DNA of 64,000 nt, from sequence record OM386667.1; one strand, written 5' to 3'. The first letter of the stretch is position 1. Each line of letters opens with the position of its first letter. The position numbers and the translations under genes are program-made. A model generated the notes under the pieces. The model was given only the letters and a program-made list of their open reading frames with translations. It had not been told where the DNA came from and did no database searches. Below, piece by piece: positions 46,778 through 55,283 of the stretch. This DNA comes from Escherichia phage vB_EcoM_REC.

Positions 46778-47916
46778 TGAAATACACTATTTTTGGAGAT
46801 GTAGCTGTTGTAAATAAGGAATATGGCGTTGAAGCTAATAAACTTCCTGCTGGAGTTTGGGTTGTCAACTGCGATCCGCACGGTAACTACTCTTTAGTGC
46901 GTGGTGAAAGTTTCTCTCTTCCGAACACTCTTTATGGGGAAACTAAAGATCGCGCCGCACATGTTATTAAAACATTTGCTCGTCGTAGTAAAGAAGGTAA
47001 AAATACTGGGGTGTTACTGACAGGGACAAAAGGCAGTGGTAAGACGATGTTAGCTAAACTAATTAGCATGTCTCTAATGTCCACAGAAGGTTTAGGTATT
47101 CCAACCATTTTGGTTACACAGCCTTACACAGATGCTGGCTTCTTAGAATTTATGAGTAAAATTACAGATCGTGCTGTTGTTTTATTTGACGAATTTGATA
47201 AAGTGTACGCTAAGAAAGAAGATCAGGAAGCACTGTTGACCTTGTTGGATGGAACAGGAAGTGGGAATAAACTTTACATCCTCACTAAAAATAGTGGTTA
47301 TATCTCGGAATATTTTGTAAACCGTCCTAGTCGTATCTACTACAGTTTCAATTACGATAAACTGTCTAGTGAAACTATGTTAGATTACTTGGATAAGAAC
47401 TTGGTAAATAAAAAGCACGTAGATAACTTCCAACGTTTATGGGATGTTAGCACAGAGTTGTCTTTCGATGTTATTCAAGGCATTGTAGAAGAATTGAATT
47501 TCTATCCAAAAATGACTTTTAAAGAATGTCTTGAAATGATGGGTATTTCTTTAGGGAACGATGCTAAATGGAATGTGGCTTCTATCGTAGCTAATGGCAA
47601 AACCTTGAAGGTGAATTGGATCAATAACTGGCACGACTTCACCCCTACTAAGTTTTTGTCGGGTGCTTGTTCCCTGAACATCTATCTACAAAGTTTGAAA
47701 GATGATGAAGTGGAAGCAATGGAAACCAACAGTTATGTTATCCTGGATGAAGATGGTGATCCACATATTGATCTATGTGCAACGGCTGATGGTCTAACTT
47801 GTGATCTGATTGAAGGTGGTAAGATTCTGGTTATGAGCACTACACCAGGAAACACTTTGCGAGTGGTGCTGGAGCCTGTAACACAACGTTCCACTACACT
47901 TGGTAGCGTGTTCTAA
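46777..47916 (+). CDS. P-loop ATPase (AAA-like)
   Basis: 379 aa; GVLLTGTKGSGKTMLAK (Walker A) and AVVLFDEFDKV (Walker B). Confidence 0.55.
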   Translation: MKYTIFGDVAVVNKEYGVEANKLPAGVWVVNCDPHGNYSLVRGESFSLPNTLYGETKDRAAHVIKTFARRSKEGKNTGVLLTGTKGSGKTMLAKLISMSLMSTEGLGIPTILVTQPYTDAGFLEFMSKITDRAVVLFDEFDKVYAKKEDQEALLTLLDGTGSGNKLYILTKNSGYISEYFVNRPSRIYYSFNYDKLSSETMLDYLDKNLVNKKHVDNFQRLWDVSTELSFDVIQGIVEELNFYPKMTFKECLEMMGISLGNDAKWNVASIVANGKTLKVNWINNWHDFTPTKFLSGACSLNIYLQSLKDDEVEAMETNSYVILDEDGDPHIDLCATADGLTCDLIEGGKILVMSTTPGNTLRVVLEPVTQRSTTLGSVF

Positions 47917-47921
47917 TAAAG

Positions 47922-47944
47922 ATGCCCCGCAAGGGGCATTTGTT
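47922..47944 (+). terminator. rho-independent terminator
   Basis: ATGCCCC-gcaa-GGGGCAT then TTGTT, right after the stop at 47916. Confidence 0.65.
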
Positions 47945-48004
47945 ATGGAGGGATTTTAGTTATTCTTTTGTTGTAGGCTCGCACTAATAGCTAAAGGGGG
48001 AGGT

Positions 48005-49465
48005 GTGCCAAAAATAGTCACTTGGGAACAATATAAAACAGATATAAAACAAGCTTATCAAGGTAAGTCTTGGACTGTTGTAGATTATATTGAGCCGTGG
48101 AACGGCAATAAAACTAAACTTAGATGCATCTGTGCTCTGCATGGAGAATGGAAAACAACAAGCATAAATACCGCTAAACTAGGGAGGGGTTGTCCAGAAT
48201 GCGGTAGGGAGATTATAAGTAAAGCAGTATCTATAAACAAATCAAAAACCTGGGAGCAATATAAAGAAGAAGTGCAAACCACTTACAATCAGGCAGGTAA
48301 GTTTTGGACTGTTACAGGATGGCACGGAGAATGGAAAGGATGGAATACTAAACTGGTTTGTTGTTGTGCTTTACATGGGGAGTGGAGGTCTACTTCTATA
48401 TCTTCTGCGAAAAACGGGAGTGGATGCAGGAAGTGTATGGGAGAAGCAAACAGAGAAAGAACATCGATTGCATGGGAGAAACATAAAGAAGAAGTAGAAG
48501 AAGCTTATAAAGAAAAACCCTGGATTGTTAGAGGCTATGTGGAACCGTGGAACGGTTCCCGCACTAAGTTGATTTGTGAGTGTAAGGTTCATGGTCAATG
48601 GTGCACTACCACTGTAAACAGTGCTAAACAAGGGACTGGATGCTACAGTTGTCAAAGAGAAATGACGAAACAAAGGAATACAATGGAGGATAAACAACAT
48701 GTTGAAGATTTTATAAAAGCTTGTCCTGATAATGTAGAGCGTAAATATTATCGTAGCGATAGAGTAGATAGATTAGGTCGTCAGGTTTACTGGATTGTAG
48801 AATGTCCTATATGTGCAGAGGATGATTATTGTAAAGAAGGCTTATGCGATAATAAATTTGAGATGAAGATGAGTCATTTGAAAAGGGGTGGCCTTCCTTG
48901 CCGTTGTTCTAAATATTATCATTACACTCCTGAACAATGGGCCTACCGTATGACCAAAGCTTGCCAGGAACGAGGGGATCAATTTATAGGATTCATTGAT
49001 AAGGTAAGCAATAACAGCAAGTTTAAATATCTATGTAGGGAGCATGGAGAGCAAACGATCACACCTACCGATTATCTCAATGGGAAAGGTTGTCCAGGCT
49101 GTAAGAACAGAAATATGCAAGAATTTTACATCAATATTATTCTTGATGAGTACGGAGAAGACACGGGAGCTTACAAGTTGGGGATTGCAAAGGACAGTGA
49201 TATCAGGATCAAAGGGCAGAATGCAAACAACAATTACTCTATGCGCCGTATAGCATTGTTCGATCTGCCGTCCTACCAAGCTTGCAGGGCGTTAGAGAGT
49301 AAGCTAAAGTCTAAGACTGATCAGATTCTACCGTCTATTGGCTGTGTAGAACGCTTGCACATGAAAGATGGTCATAGTGAAACCTTCCTGCGCGAGGATT
49401 TGGCTATCGTCTTAAGTGCTATCAACCAAGCAGGTGGAATAATGAGAGAGGAGGAAACATGTTAG
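48005..49465 (+). CDS. zinc-ribbon-repeat protein with C-terminal T5orf172 (GIY-YIG-like) domain, possible homing-endonuclease-type element
   Basis: 486 aa, GTG start; three tandem units of W.G..TKL.C.C..HG.W..T.I..AK.G.GC..C plus a fourth Cys-rich unit; C-terminus FYINIILDEYGEDTGAYKLGIAKDSDIR...FDLPSYQACRALESKLK resembles T5orf172. Confidence 0.45.
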   Translation: MPKIVTWEQYKTDIKQAYQGKSWTVVDYIEPWNGNKTKLRCICALHGEWKTTSINTAKLGRGCPECGREIISKAVSINKSKTWEQYKEEVQTTYNQAGKFWTVTGWHGEWKGWNTKLVCCCALHGEWRSTSISSAKNGSGCRKCMGEANRERTSIAWEKHKEEVEEAYKEKPWIVRGYVEPWNGSRTKLICECKVHGQWCTTTVNSAKQGTGCYSCQREMTKQRNTMEDKQHVEDFIKACPDNVERKYYRSDRVDRLGRQVYWIVECPICAEDDYCKEGLCDNKFEMKMSHLKRGGLPCRCSKYYHYTPEQWAYRMTKACQERGDQFIGFIDKVSNNSKFKYLCREHGEQTITPTDYLNGKGCPGCKNRNMQEFYINIILDEYGEDTGAYKLGIAKDSDIRIKGQNANNNYSMRRIALFDLPSYQACRALESKLKSKTDQILPSIGCVERLHMKDGHSETFLREDLAIVLSAINQAGGIMREEETC

Positions 49466-49824
49466 TTGACGTTCAAATTATGCGCAACGAAAGAATGGAC
49501 TTCTTTGAAGCAGTAGAGAAACATCTGATCAGATGGGACTATGAATTTGTTCCTGCTGGATGTGGACCAGTAGAGCATTTAGCGGAAGACGACGATGTAT
49601 ACATGATCATTCGTCAAGTGTACCAGACAGACCAGTGTGAAGAAACTCCCGAACTGATTTTGTTTGAGTGTAAAGATCTTGCAAAATATTTTGACTATGG
49701 CGGAAAAGAGGGTCATAATCTCTCCAGATACAATAAACGTCTACTTATCTTAGACTACATGCGGAACAACAAACACAAACTCATCGACGCAGACGCAGTT
49801 TATGGCTACTGGTGGATGGACTAA
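49459..49824 (+). CDS. hypothetical protein
   Basis: 121 aa ORF, RBS GAGAGGAGG. Confidence 0.4.
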   Translation: MLVDVQIMRNERMDFFEAVEKHLIRWDYEFVPAGCGPVEHLAEDDDVYMIIRQVYQTDQCEETPELILFECKDLAKYFDYGGKEGHNLSRYNKRLLILDYMRNNKHKLIDADAVYGYWWMD

Positions 49825-49837
49825 CAAAGGAGAAACT

Positions 49838-50017
49838 ATGGCACGTTTAGCAGATCATGAAATCTTTAAACCTATTCTGAACCACTATGATGAACTTAAA
49901 GCAGTGTTGGATTGTTATAGAGAGGATGAAGAACGTTTGGAAGTCAATCTTAAGATAGTTCTGATGAAAGCTTTTCAAGACGGGCAAGCTAAAGTTTTAG
50001 AAGGCATGAAAAAATGA
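49838..50017 (+). CDS. hypothetical small protein
   Basis: ATG at 49838 preceded by AAAGGAGAAACT. Confidence 0.35.
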   Translation: MARLADHEIFKPILNHYDELKAVLDCYREDEERLEVNLKIVLMKAFQDGQAKVLEGMKK

Positions 50018-50556
50018 GAATAACTGATGAATATGTATTCTTCTTTTCACATAAAGATGTGTTTAGTAATTGGTATATTGCACCCTTTACAGAAACTGAA
50101 CCAGGTTACAATGAGACTTTCTGTTGTGTTGAGCAATATATGATGTGGCGTAAGGCTTTGCTGTTCAAGGATCATGCGATTGCAGCAGCTATCCTTGATC
50201 ACTCAACTATACGTGACAACGAGAGGAAACAAGCATACTACAAACGTATGGGTCGAGCGGTATCTGGTTTTAATAATGATATGTGGGAAGAGAACCGTGA
50301 GCGTATTGTTATGCGAGGCTTATGCTTGAAATATGTACAGAATCCAGATTTGTATGCAGACTTACACCTTTACCAATACAAAACGTTTGTTGAAGCAAGT
50401 CCTTACGATAAGGTTTACGGTATTGGAATGGGAATGTATGAACCAGGGGTGCTAAACCCTGCTACCTGGAAAGGGCAGAATCTTTTAGGCAAATATCATA
50501 ATAAACTGATCGAAATACTTTTCCCAGACAAAATACCGCAAAGACGATATTTGTGA
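50014..50556 (+). CDS. NADAR-domain protein (YbiA/DUF1768 family)
   Basis: 180 aa; FSNWYIAPFT, CVEQYMMWRKALLF, KYVQNPDLYADL, YDKVYGIGMG and GQNLLGKYHNKL follow the conserved NADAR blocks. Confidence 0.7.
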   Translation: MRITDEYVFFFSHKDVFSNWYIAPFTETEPGYNETFCCVEQYMMWRKALLFKDHAIAAAILDHSTIRDNERKQAYYKRMGRAVSGFNNDMWEENRERIVMRGLCLKYVQNPDLYADLHLYQYKTFVEASPYDKVYGIGMGMYEPGVLNPATWKGQNLLGKYHNKLIEILFPDKIPQRRYL

Positions 50557-50611
50557 TATTTTAACTTTTTTCATTTTTAGAACAAAGGCGTCACTTTGTA
50601 GCACAGAAATA

Positions 50612-50650
50612 AGGCTCCTACAGCACCGTAGAGAGCCTGTTATTTTGTCC
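50612..50650 (+). terminator. rho-independent terminator ending the 44.3-50.6 kb unit
   Basis: AGGCTCCTAC-agcacc-GTAGAGAGCCT (one bulge) followed by GTTATTTTG. Confidence 0.6.
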
Positions 50651-50798
50651 TATACAAACCCTTGTCTTTTTCAGTTTGCATCACTAGGATTCGATCTGAG
50701 TGGGTTCCTGAAGGTTTACCAATAAGATTAAAGGTTATATCAAATTCCCACTATCTTTTATCTCAAAAATCCCTCAAATTATTTAAACTTTTTAAGAA

Positions 50799-50984
50799 TT
50801 TACAAAAGTGAAAGTTGAAAACCAAAATTTAAAGTTTAGGAAAATTATCTTAAAATGTTAGATACAAAACAAAACTCAAAAGTCAAGGAAAATTTTAAAA
50901 ATTTTGCGCGCCCACAGTATTTAAAGTTTTTTTGCTTTTACAAAAATGAAAGTACAAAAGCAAAATTTAAAGTTTACAAAAATT
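50799..50984. repeat. AT-rich region with two 48-bp imperfect direct repeats and AAAGTT-type submotifs
   Basis: 50799-50846 TTTACAAAAGTGAAAGTTGAAAACCAAAATTTAAAGTTTAGGAAAATT versus 50937-50984 TTTACAAAAATGAAAGTACAAAAGCAAAATTTAAAGTTTACAAAAATT. Confidence 0.7.
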
Positions 50985-51000
50985 TTTATGCAGGTGAAAA

Positions 51001-51114
51001 TGAGAAGAGTTCTCATATGGAAATGCAAATGATAATGATTCGCATTTAAGTTTATAAATGAGATTGATTCTTATTTAATAAGGTAAATGACAATCATTCT
51101 CATTTAGAGAATGA
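51001..51114. promoter_or_regulatory. two palindromes (candidate protein-binding sites)
   Basis: TGAGAA-gag-TTCTCA at 51001-51015 and TCATTCTC-attta-GAGAATGA at 51094-51114. Confidence 0.4.
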
Positions 51115-51364
51115 CGCGCAGGGGTGGTGTTTGTCTCGCGCTCCCGTGTCCCCTCGCCATGTAATAAGAATAACAGATCCAACCAGGAAAGCAAGCGATT
51201 ATTTTATCTTTACATTTCTTTACAAATATATAGCACCCAGCCTACCGGCGATCAACCTTCCAACCAGTGCCCCCTGGTATGTTAGCCCCGCCTTTACGCC
51301 GTGGGGTGGCGCTTCCTCTTCTGTATGTAAAACAGTATAAGCCCGATCCCTGGGCTTGTCAAGA

Positions 51365-51631
51365 TTATTTTTTGTTTTCTTGCCAGGATAGGACACCTAA
51401 CCAAAAATACATATCGCCCCGCGCCCCTGGTGGTATCTTGCTTTCCCCGCCGCCACTGCAAGCCCATAGATAACCATTTGCGAACGTATCAAAATGATCT
51501 ATCTCTTCCACCTTATGATCGCCCAGGTTGAGAACGGTTTCAACCTTTAAGCCTGTTGCGCTTGCTACCTGGTGGACCGTGCCGCCTTGCCAGCCCAATG
51601 AGTGCATAAGGTGTAATGTAGTATTTGTCAT
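51365..51631 (-). CDS. hypothetical protein encoded in a GC-rich island, opposite orientation to the early genes
   Basis: 88 aa ORF with ATG at 51631 preceded by AAAGGG; local GC content clearly higher than flanks; weak support. Confidence 0.25.
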   Translation of the reverse strand: MTNTTLHLMHSLGWQGGTVHQVASATGLKVETVLNLGDHKVEEIDHFDTFANGYLWACSGGGESKIPPGARGDMYFWLGVLSWQENKK

Positions 51632-51739
51632 GATATCGCCCTTTCTTTGTTGTGCGCCCTGGTTGGCGCGGTAGAAAGATAATAGCCCTTTTCTTTATAT
51701 ATAGCAAGCAAAAAGAAAATAAAAAAGATTGAAAAATGG

Positions 51740-51796
51740 TTGACGTTAACCAGGCGGCGGCGTAGTATTCATCTTGTAGGGCGGCAATGGTGCCGC
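51740..51796 (+). promoter_or_regulatory. early promoter-leader module (TTGACG-17-TAGTAT plus hairpin GCGGCA-atgg-TGCCGC)
   Basis: -35 51740-51745, -10 51763-51768, hairpin 51781-51796, ATG at 51818. Confidence 0.6.
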
Positions 51797-51817
51797 TCAC
51801 TATTTGGAGTTAAGATC

Positions 51818-52015
51818 ATGGCAACATTGCACATTGTGGCGAAAGCTGGACAAATCAACGTAGTGGTAAACGGTTTTACTGAGTTCAGTCACCCCCAGGA
51901 TGATCATGAAACGGTTTTATCTTTCATTGATTCCCTGTTAGAAATGGGAGTCATTACAGAAGACCAGCACGCTACAAAATGCAAGCGCGTTAATCAAATC
52001 GCAGGAATAGAATAA
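51818..52015 (+). CDS. early small protein
   Basis: 66 aa from ATG 51818 after RBS GGAG; the track ORF starts at a TTG that is the -35 box. Confidence 0.5.
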   Translation: MATLHIVAKAGQINVVVNGFTEFSHPQDDHETVLSFIDSLLEMGVITEDQHATKCKRVNQIAGIE

Positions 52016-52021
52016 AAACTA

Positions 52022-52080
52022 TTGACAACAAACAACAACCTGATAAGATGTATCACATAGGGCGGGAAGTGGTTTCCCGC
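52022..52080 (+). promoter_or_regulatory. early promoter-leader module (TTGACA-16-TAAGAT plus hairpin GCGGGAA...TTCCCGC)
   Basis: -35 52022-52027, -10 52044-52049, hairpin 52062-52080. Confidence 0.6.
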
Positions 52081-52105
52081 TCGTAACAGAAGAGAGATTA
52101 TCATC

Positions 52106-52378
52106 ATGGCATCATATAGCGCAACAATGATCGTAGCTGGCACAACTGGTAAACCTATGAGCGGTGGCGGATCTTTCGCTAATATCAATATTGACGGGCG
52201 TTTATCCCTGGACGCAGCGATCGCTATTGCACGGGAAACATTTAAGAAAGAATGTAATTTCAACAAGCAAGATTATCTCGGTTTCGCTATTGAAAAAACC
52301 GCGCGCTTTGTTGATTATAAAAGCCCGAAAATGGTTGATACTACACTAAAAGCGCAAGATGTAGCGTTTTTGCTTTAA
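52106..52378 (+). CDS. early small protein
   Basis: 90 aa; RBS AGAGAGA. Confidence 0.5.
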   Translation: MASYSATMIVAGTTGKPMSGGGSFANINIDGRLSLDAAIAIARETFKKECNFNKQDYLGFAIEKTARFVDYKSPKMVDTTLKAQDVAFLL

Positions 52379-52381
52379 GGC

Positions 52382-52436
52382 TTGACATTAACGAATAATT
52401 TGTTAATATGTTACATAAAGCGGGAATAGTTCCCGC
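52382..52436 (+). promoter_or_regulatory. early promoter-leader module (TTGACA-16-TAATAT plus hairpin GCGGGAA-tag-TTCCCGC)
   Basis: -35 52382-52387, -10 52404-52409, hairpin 52420-52436. Confidence 0.6.
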
Positions 52437-52454
52437 TATTTGTAAGGTGGTAGA

Positions 52455-52712
52455 ATGTTTTACATCAAATTAAAAGGTCACGTGATCGCGTTCAAAGATA
52501 ACGCTTTTTACAGATTAGCAAAATATGCGTTAATACATCCCCACTATGTTTATATAAGGGGGCGTGATGAAATAAATATCTTTGATCAAACAACATGCGA
52601 GAACATCGAGATCCGCAAGGTTGGCGTACGTGATTATCGTACATCTTTCTACCCTTGCAAGGATTCAGCAAGTCTTTTTAAAGTATGCCAATTGTTGAAA
52701 AAAGGTGGTTAA
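52455..52712 (+). CDS. early small protein
   Basis: 85 aa; RBS AAGGTGG. Confidence 0.5.
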   Translation: MFYIKLKGHVIAFKDNAFYRLAKYALIHPHYVYIRGRDEINIFDQTTCENIEIRKVGVRDYRTSFYPCKDSASLFKVCQLLKKGG

Positions 52713-52713
52713 T

Positions 52714-53271
52714 ATGGGCCGCGAATATGTGATCCAGTCTTGGGTAAAACATGAAGCAGATGATCCGCGCATCATTCCCGATCATCTTATCGATGAATCC
52801 ACGGGATATAGCGGTGAGCAAATAGGTAACAGATTAGCACGTAGTAACGGCAACGTAAAAGCGCGTTATGTGCGCCCTGGCTGGCTGGCAAATGGTAACG
52901 CTGATTTATCCAGTGCGGAAGATGCGAGCGACGGCGCGAAAGATAATCCTTTGTACAAAGTTGATCCGGCTTTTCGTGTCCTGGATGAATACCCCAGCAA
53001 GATAGCGGCGCTCGATCAGGCCCTGGAAAGTAAGCGCATCACCTGGACCGCTTACAACATGGCAAAAAACGTACTTGATGGTAAATTGATTCAAGCTGAA
53101 AGAAAATTAGCCAAAATTGCAGCCATAGCCCAGGAGGAAGACGAGGAGACAACGGAAGAGGAAGAGTACGAAGAGATCCCGCCGTTGTTGTGTGTTGATG
53201 CTTTTCCTGATTATCAGCCGACAGAGGAAGAAAAAAGGATCGCACTAGAAAACTTTGAAAATAGTCTTTGA
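52714..53271 (+). CDS. early protein with acidic C-terminal region
   Basis: ATG 52714 after AAAGGTGG; acidic stretch EEDEETTEEEEYEE. Confidence 0.5.
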   Translation: MGREYVIQSWVKHEADDPRIIPDHLIDESTGYSGEQIGNRLARSNGNVKARYVRPGWLANGNADLSSAEDASDGAKDNPLYKVDPAFRVLDEYPSKIAALDQALESKRITWTAYNMAKNVLDGKLIQAERKLAKIAAIAQEEDEETTEEEEYEEIPPLLCVDAFPDYQPTEEEKRIALENFENSL

Positions 53272-53324
53272 CATATCGCCGCCACTGGCATAATATTTAC
53301 CACGTAGGGCGGCAATGGTGCCGC
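53268..53324 (+). promoter_or_regulatory. early promoter-leader module (TTGACA-17-TAATAT plus hairpin GCGGCA-atgg-TGCCGC)
   Basis: -35 53268-53273 overlapping the upstream stop, -10 53291-53296, hairpin 53309-53324. Confidence 0.6.
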
Positions 53325-53353
53325 TCATAGTGAAATTATGCAAGAGGCTTACA

Positions 53354-53449
53354 ATGATTAATAAAGAAAATAGCTTGACGGTTGGAACGATTAACGCTAT
53401 CATTCTAGCCGTTCCATTTTGGATTGTAGTAGCGGCTATTATTTTCTAA
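53354..53449 (+). CDS. 31-aa hydrophobic peptide (putative)
   Basis: ATG 53354 after CAAGAGGCT; sits between two promoter modules. Confidence 0.25.
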   Translation: MINKENSLTVGTINAIILAVPFWIVVAAIIF

Positions 53450-53457
53450 AAATATTC

Positions 53458-53517
53458 TTGACAACGTTTTTTAATCTGATAAGATGTATCACATAGGGCG
53501 GCGGAATACTTCCCCGC
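53458..53517 (+). promoter_or_regulatory. early promoter-leader module (TTGACA-16-TAAGAT plus bulged hairpin GCGGCGGAA-tac-TTCCCCGC)
   Basis: -35 53458-53463, -10 53480-53485, hairpin 53498-53517. Confidence 0.55.
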
Positions 53518-53539
53518 CAAAACAAAAAAGGGTAACACA

Positions 53540-53902
53540 ATGAGCAAGCAAATCAATACTATCATGTTAAACCTGGTATCCTTCCGTGATGATATGAAAA
53601 ATTTACCACGTGAAACGGTTGATATTCATGTTTCAGCTTATCGCGCCCTTATTGACATGTTACCGCTAAAACGTGATCAACATGCCGCTAACATGATGCT
53701 TAATGCTATGCTTAAAAAGATGATTCAAACGGATCTCATCCTGGCGTATGAGTATCAAGGGCGCTTATATGCTACTTACAACAAGGCGGTACCTGGTCTG
53801 GGAAGTACCGAAGAGTTGCACGGCTTAAACCTGGATCAGAACACTTGGGATAGTATGCGCCGCGTTATGGTATGGGCCGAAAGCGGTAAAATTTACGAAT
53901 AA
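53540..53902 (+). CDS. early small protein
   Basis: 120 aa. Confidence 0.5.
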   Translation: MSKQINTIMLNLVSFRDDMKNLPRETVDIHVSAYRALIDMLPLKRDQHAANMMLNAMLKKMIQTDLILAYEYQGRLYATYNKAVPGLGSTEELHGLNLDQNTWDSMRRVMVWAESGKIYE

Positions 53903-53907
53903 AACGG

Positions 53908-53963
53908 TTGACACTGTTTAAAATTCTGGTATAGTTTATCACGTAGGGCGGCAATGGTGCCGC
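53908..53963 (+). promoter_or_regulatory. early promoter-leader module (TTGACA-16-TATAGT plus hairpin GCGGCA-atgg-TGCCGC)
   Basis: -35 53908-53913, -10 53930-53935, hairpin 53948-53963. Confidence 0.6.
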
Positions 53964-53984
53964 CAACAATAAAAGGTTAACATC

Positions 53985-54164
53985 ATGACTATCATTGCAA
54001 AAACTGAGATTATAGGTTTAGATTCGATCCTCCTGGTTTATGAGGAAACTTTAAAAATGTATGTAGTGACCTATGGTGATTATGTGCGTGAATACGAATA
54101 CATTGATCTTGCTTTCGAATGTTACATTCGCCAGGTCAATAAAGCTTATAACGATTATCGTTAA
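53985..54164 (+). CDS. early small protein (59 aa), not in ORF track
   Basis: ATG 53985 after AAAAGGTTAA; follows a promoter module. Confidence 0.4.
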   Translation: MTIIAKTEIIGLDSILLVYEETLKMYVVTYGDYVREYEYIDLAFECYIRQVNKAYNDYR

Positions 54165-54183
54165 AAGTTTTAGTCTTATACTA

Positions 54184-54235
54184 TTGACAATGAGTGATAG
54201 TATAAGCATAATAACTTTTATCGGGAATACTTCCC
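54184..54235 (+). promoter_or_regulatory. early promoter-leader module, diverged (TTGACA, hairpin GGGAA-tac-TTCCC)
   Basis: -35 54184-54189, hairpin 54223-54235; -10 less clear. Confidence 0.45.
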
Positions 54236-54261
54236 ACTAACCAAAAAAAGAGAGTAATATC

Positions 54262-54627
54262 ATGGCTATTAATATCAATGTTTCCTCTTATGCTACCCTG
54301 GCTGACACGGCTAAAATTGAATTATCCAGCATTGAGGCGGTGCATATTAGCGCCCGTCGTTGGTTTCAACAGTCCTACGGTAACACATATTTTTCTTTAA
54401 TGGTTGACGTTGAGATCGGCGGTAAACTGATCGAGGTGGTTAACGTTCCGTTTCAATATGGTTATGGTGATCATTTTGATACCGTCGCCCTGGAAGAATT
54501 TAGCAAGGTTATTAATATGGAAGGTAAAGAGTTTTCACGCGGCGCGTATCTTTCCCGTTTTTGCCGTGACAATGGGATCACTGTATACAGTCATGCAAGC
54601 GATGTTAAACGTAAAAAAGATTTATAA
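54262..54627 (+). CDS. early small protein
   Basis: 121 aa; RBS AAGAGAG. Confidence 0.5.
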   Translation: MAININVSSYATLADTAKIELSSIEAVHISARRWFQQSYGNTYFSLMVDVEIGGKLIEVVNVPFQYGYGDHFDTVALEEFSKVINMEGKEFSRGAYLSRFCRDNGITVYSHASDVKRKKDL

Positions 54628-54633
54628 AAAGCA

Positions 54634-54692
54634 TTGACAGCACGAATAAAAAGAGTAAACTGTATTACATAGAGAGCGGGAACACTTCCCGC
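54634..54692 (+). promoter_or_regulatory. early promoter-leader module (TTGACA-16-TAAACT plus hairpin GCGGGAA-cac-TTCCCGC)
   Basis: -35 54634-54639, -10 54656-54661, hairpin 54676-54692. Confidence 0.6.
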
Positions 54693-54716
54693 CTCACTGA
54701 AAAAGAGATTAACATC

Positions 54717-54956
54717 ATGGCTAAATCAAAAATGTTCTTAGGTCACAAAAATAAAACTCATTGGAATGTAAGCCTTTGGATTAATAACGACGAATCATTA
54801 TATCGGTTGGCGAAAGAATTTATCGCCGCTAATACTAATCGTAATGATGCTGCCCGTGATATGATGTTATTCCTGGAACAAACTGGACAAGATAAAACTC
54901 CAGACGGTTTCAAGTATAGTAAAACTGCAATCCGTGCCGCGATGGTTGGAATGTAA
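54717..54956 (+). CDS. early small protein
   Basis: 79 aa. Confidence 0.5.
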   Translation: MAKSKMFLGHKNKTHWNVSLWINNDESLYRLAKEFIAANTNRNDAARDMMLFLEQTGQDKTPDGFKYSKTAIRAAMVGM

Positions 54957-54965
54957 TAAAAACAG

Positions 54966-55024
54966 TTGACAACGTTTAAAATTAGTGTAAGATGTATCAC
55001 ATAGGGCGGGAAATGGTTTCCCGC
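54966..55024 (+). promoter_or_regulatory. early promoter-leader module (TTGACA-16-TAAGAT plus hairpin GCGGGAA...TTCCCGC)
   Basis: -35 54966-54971, -10 54988-54993, hairpin 55006-55024. Confidence 0.6.
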
Positions 55025-55047
55025 TCACAACAGAGAGATTAAAGATT

Positions 55048-55275
55048 ATGGCTATCAATATTGTTCGCGTATCCGGCACCGTTGGCTATTCCCAGGTTGT
55101 AGCAGTTGTAACAAACAAAAAGATTAATGATGTATGTGAGATCTTGAATAAGTGGGCTATTGCTAATTTTGGAGAATATGCAAGCGTCGAGTACATCGAA
55201 TCCTACCAGGTGCCGACCATCAGCCTAACCGATCTCAACGTTGATCGCCTGTTATGCCTGGATGAATTAAACTAA
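55048..55275 (+). CDS. early small protein
   Basis: 75 aa. Confidence 0.5.
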   Translation: MAINIVRVSGTVGYSQVVAVVTNKKINDVCEILNKWAIANFGEYASVEYIESYQVPTISLTDLNVDRLLCLDELN

Positions 55276-55283
55276 AAATAATA

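Noticed and set aside
50560-51130. Possible tRNA gene near the GGATTCGATCT and AGCCCGATCCCTGGGCT stem-loops
   Set aside because: Neither candidate has a T-loop consensus with a correctly spaced acceptor stem and anticodon arm on either strand; no cloverleaf could be built by eye. A tRNA scan should still be run on the whole window.
51540-51800. Minus-strand ORF of 86 aa beginning MSGTIAALQD
   Set aside because: Its start is the reverse complement of the conserved leader hairpin; a second track ORF (58315-58614) begins with the identical MSGTIAALQ for the same reason. They are mirror artefacts of the repeated promoter module, not genes.
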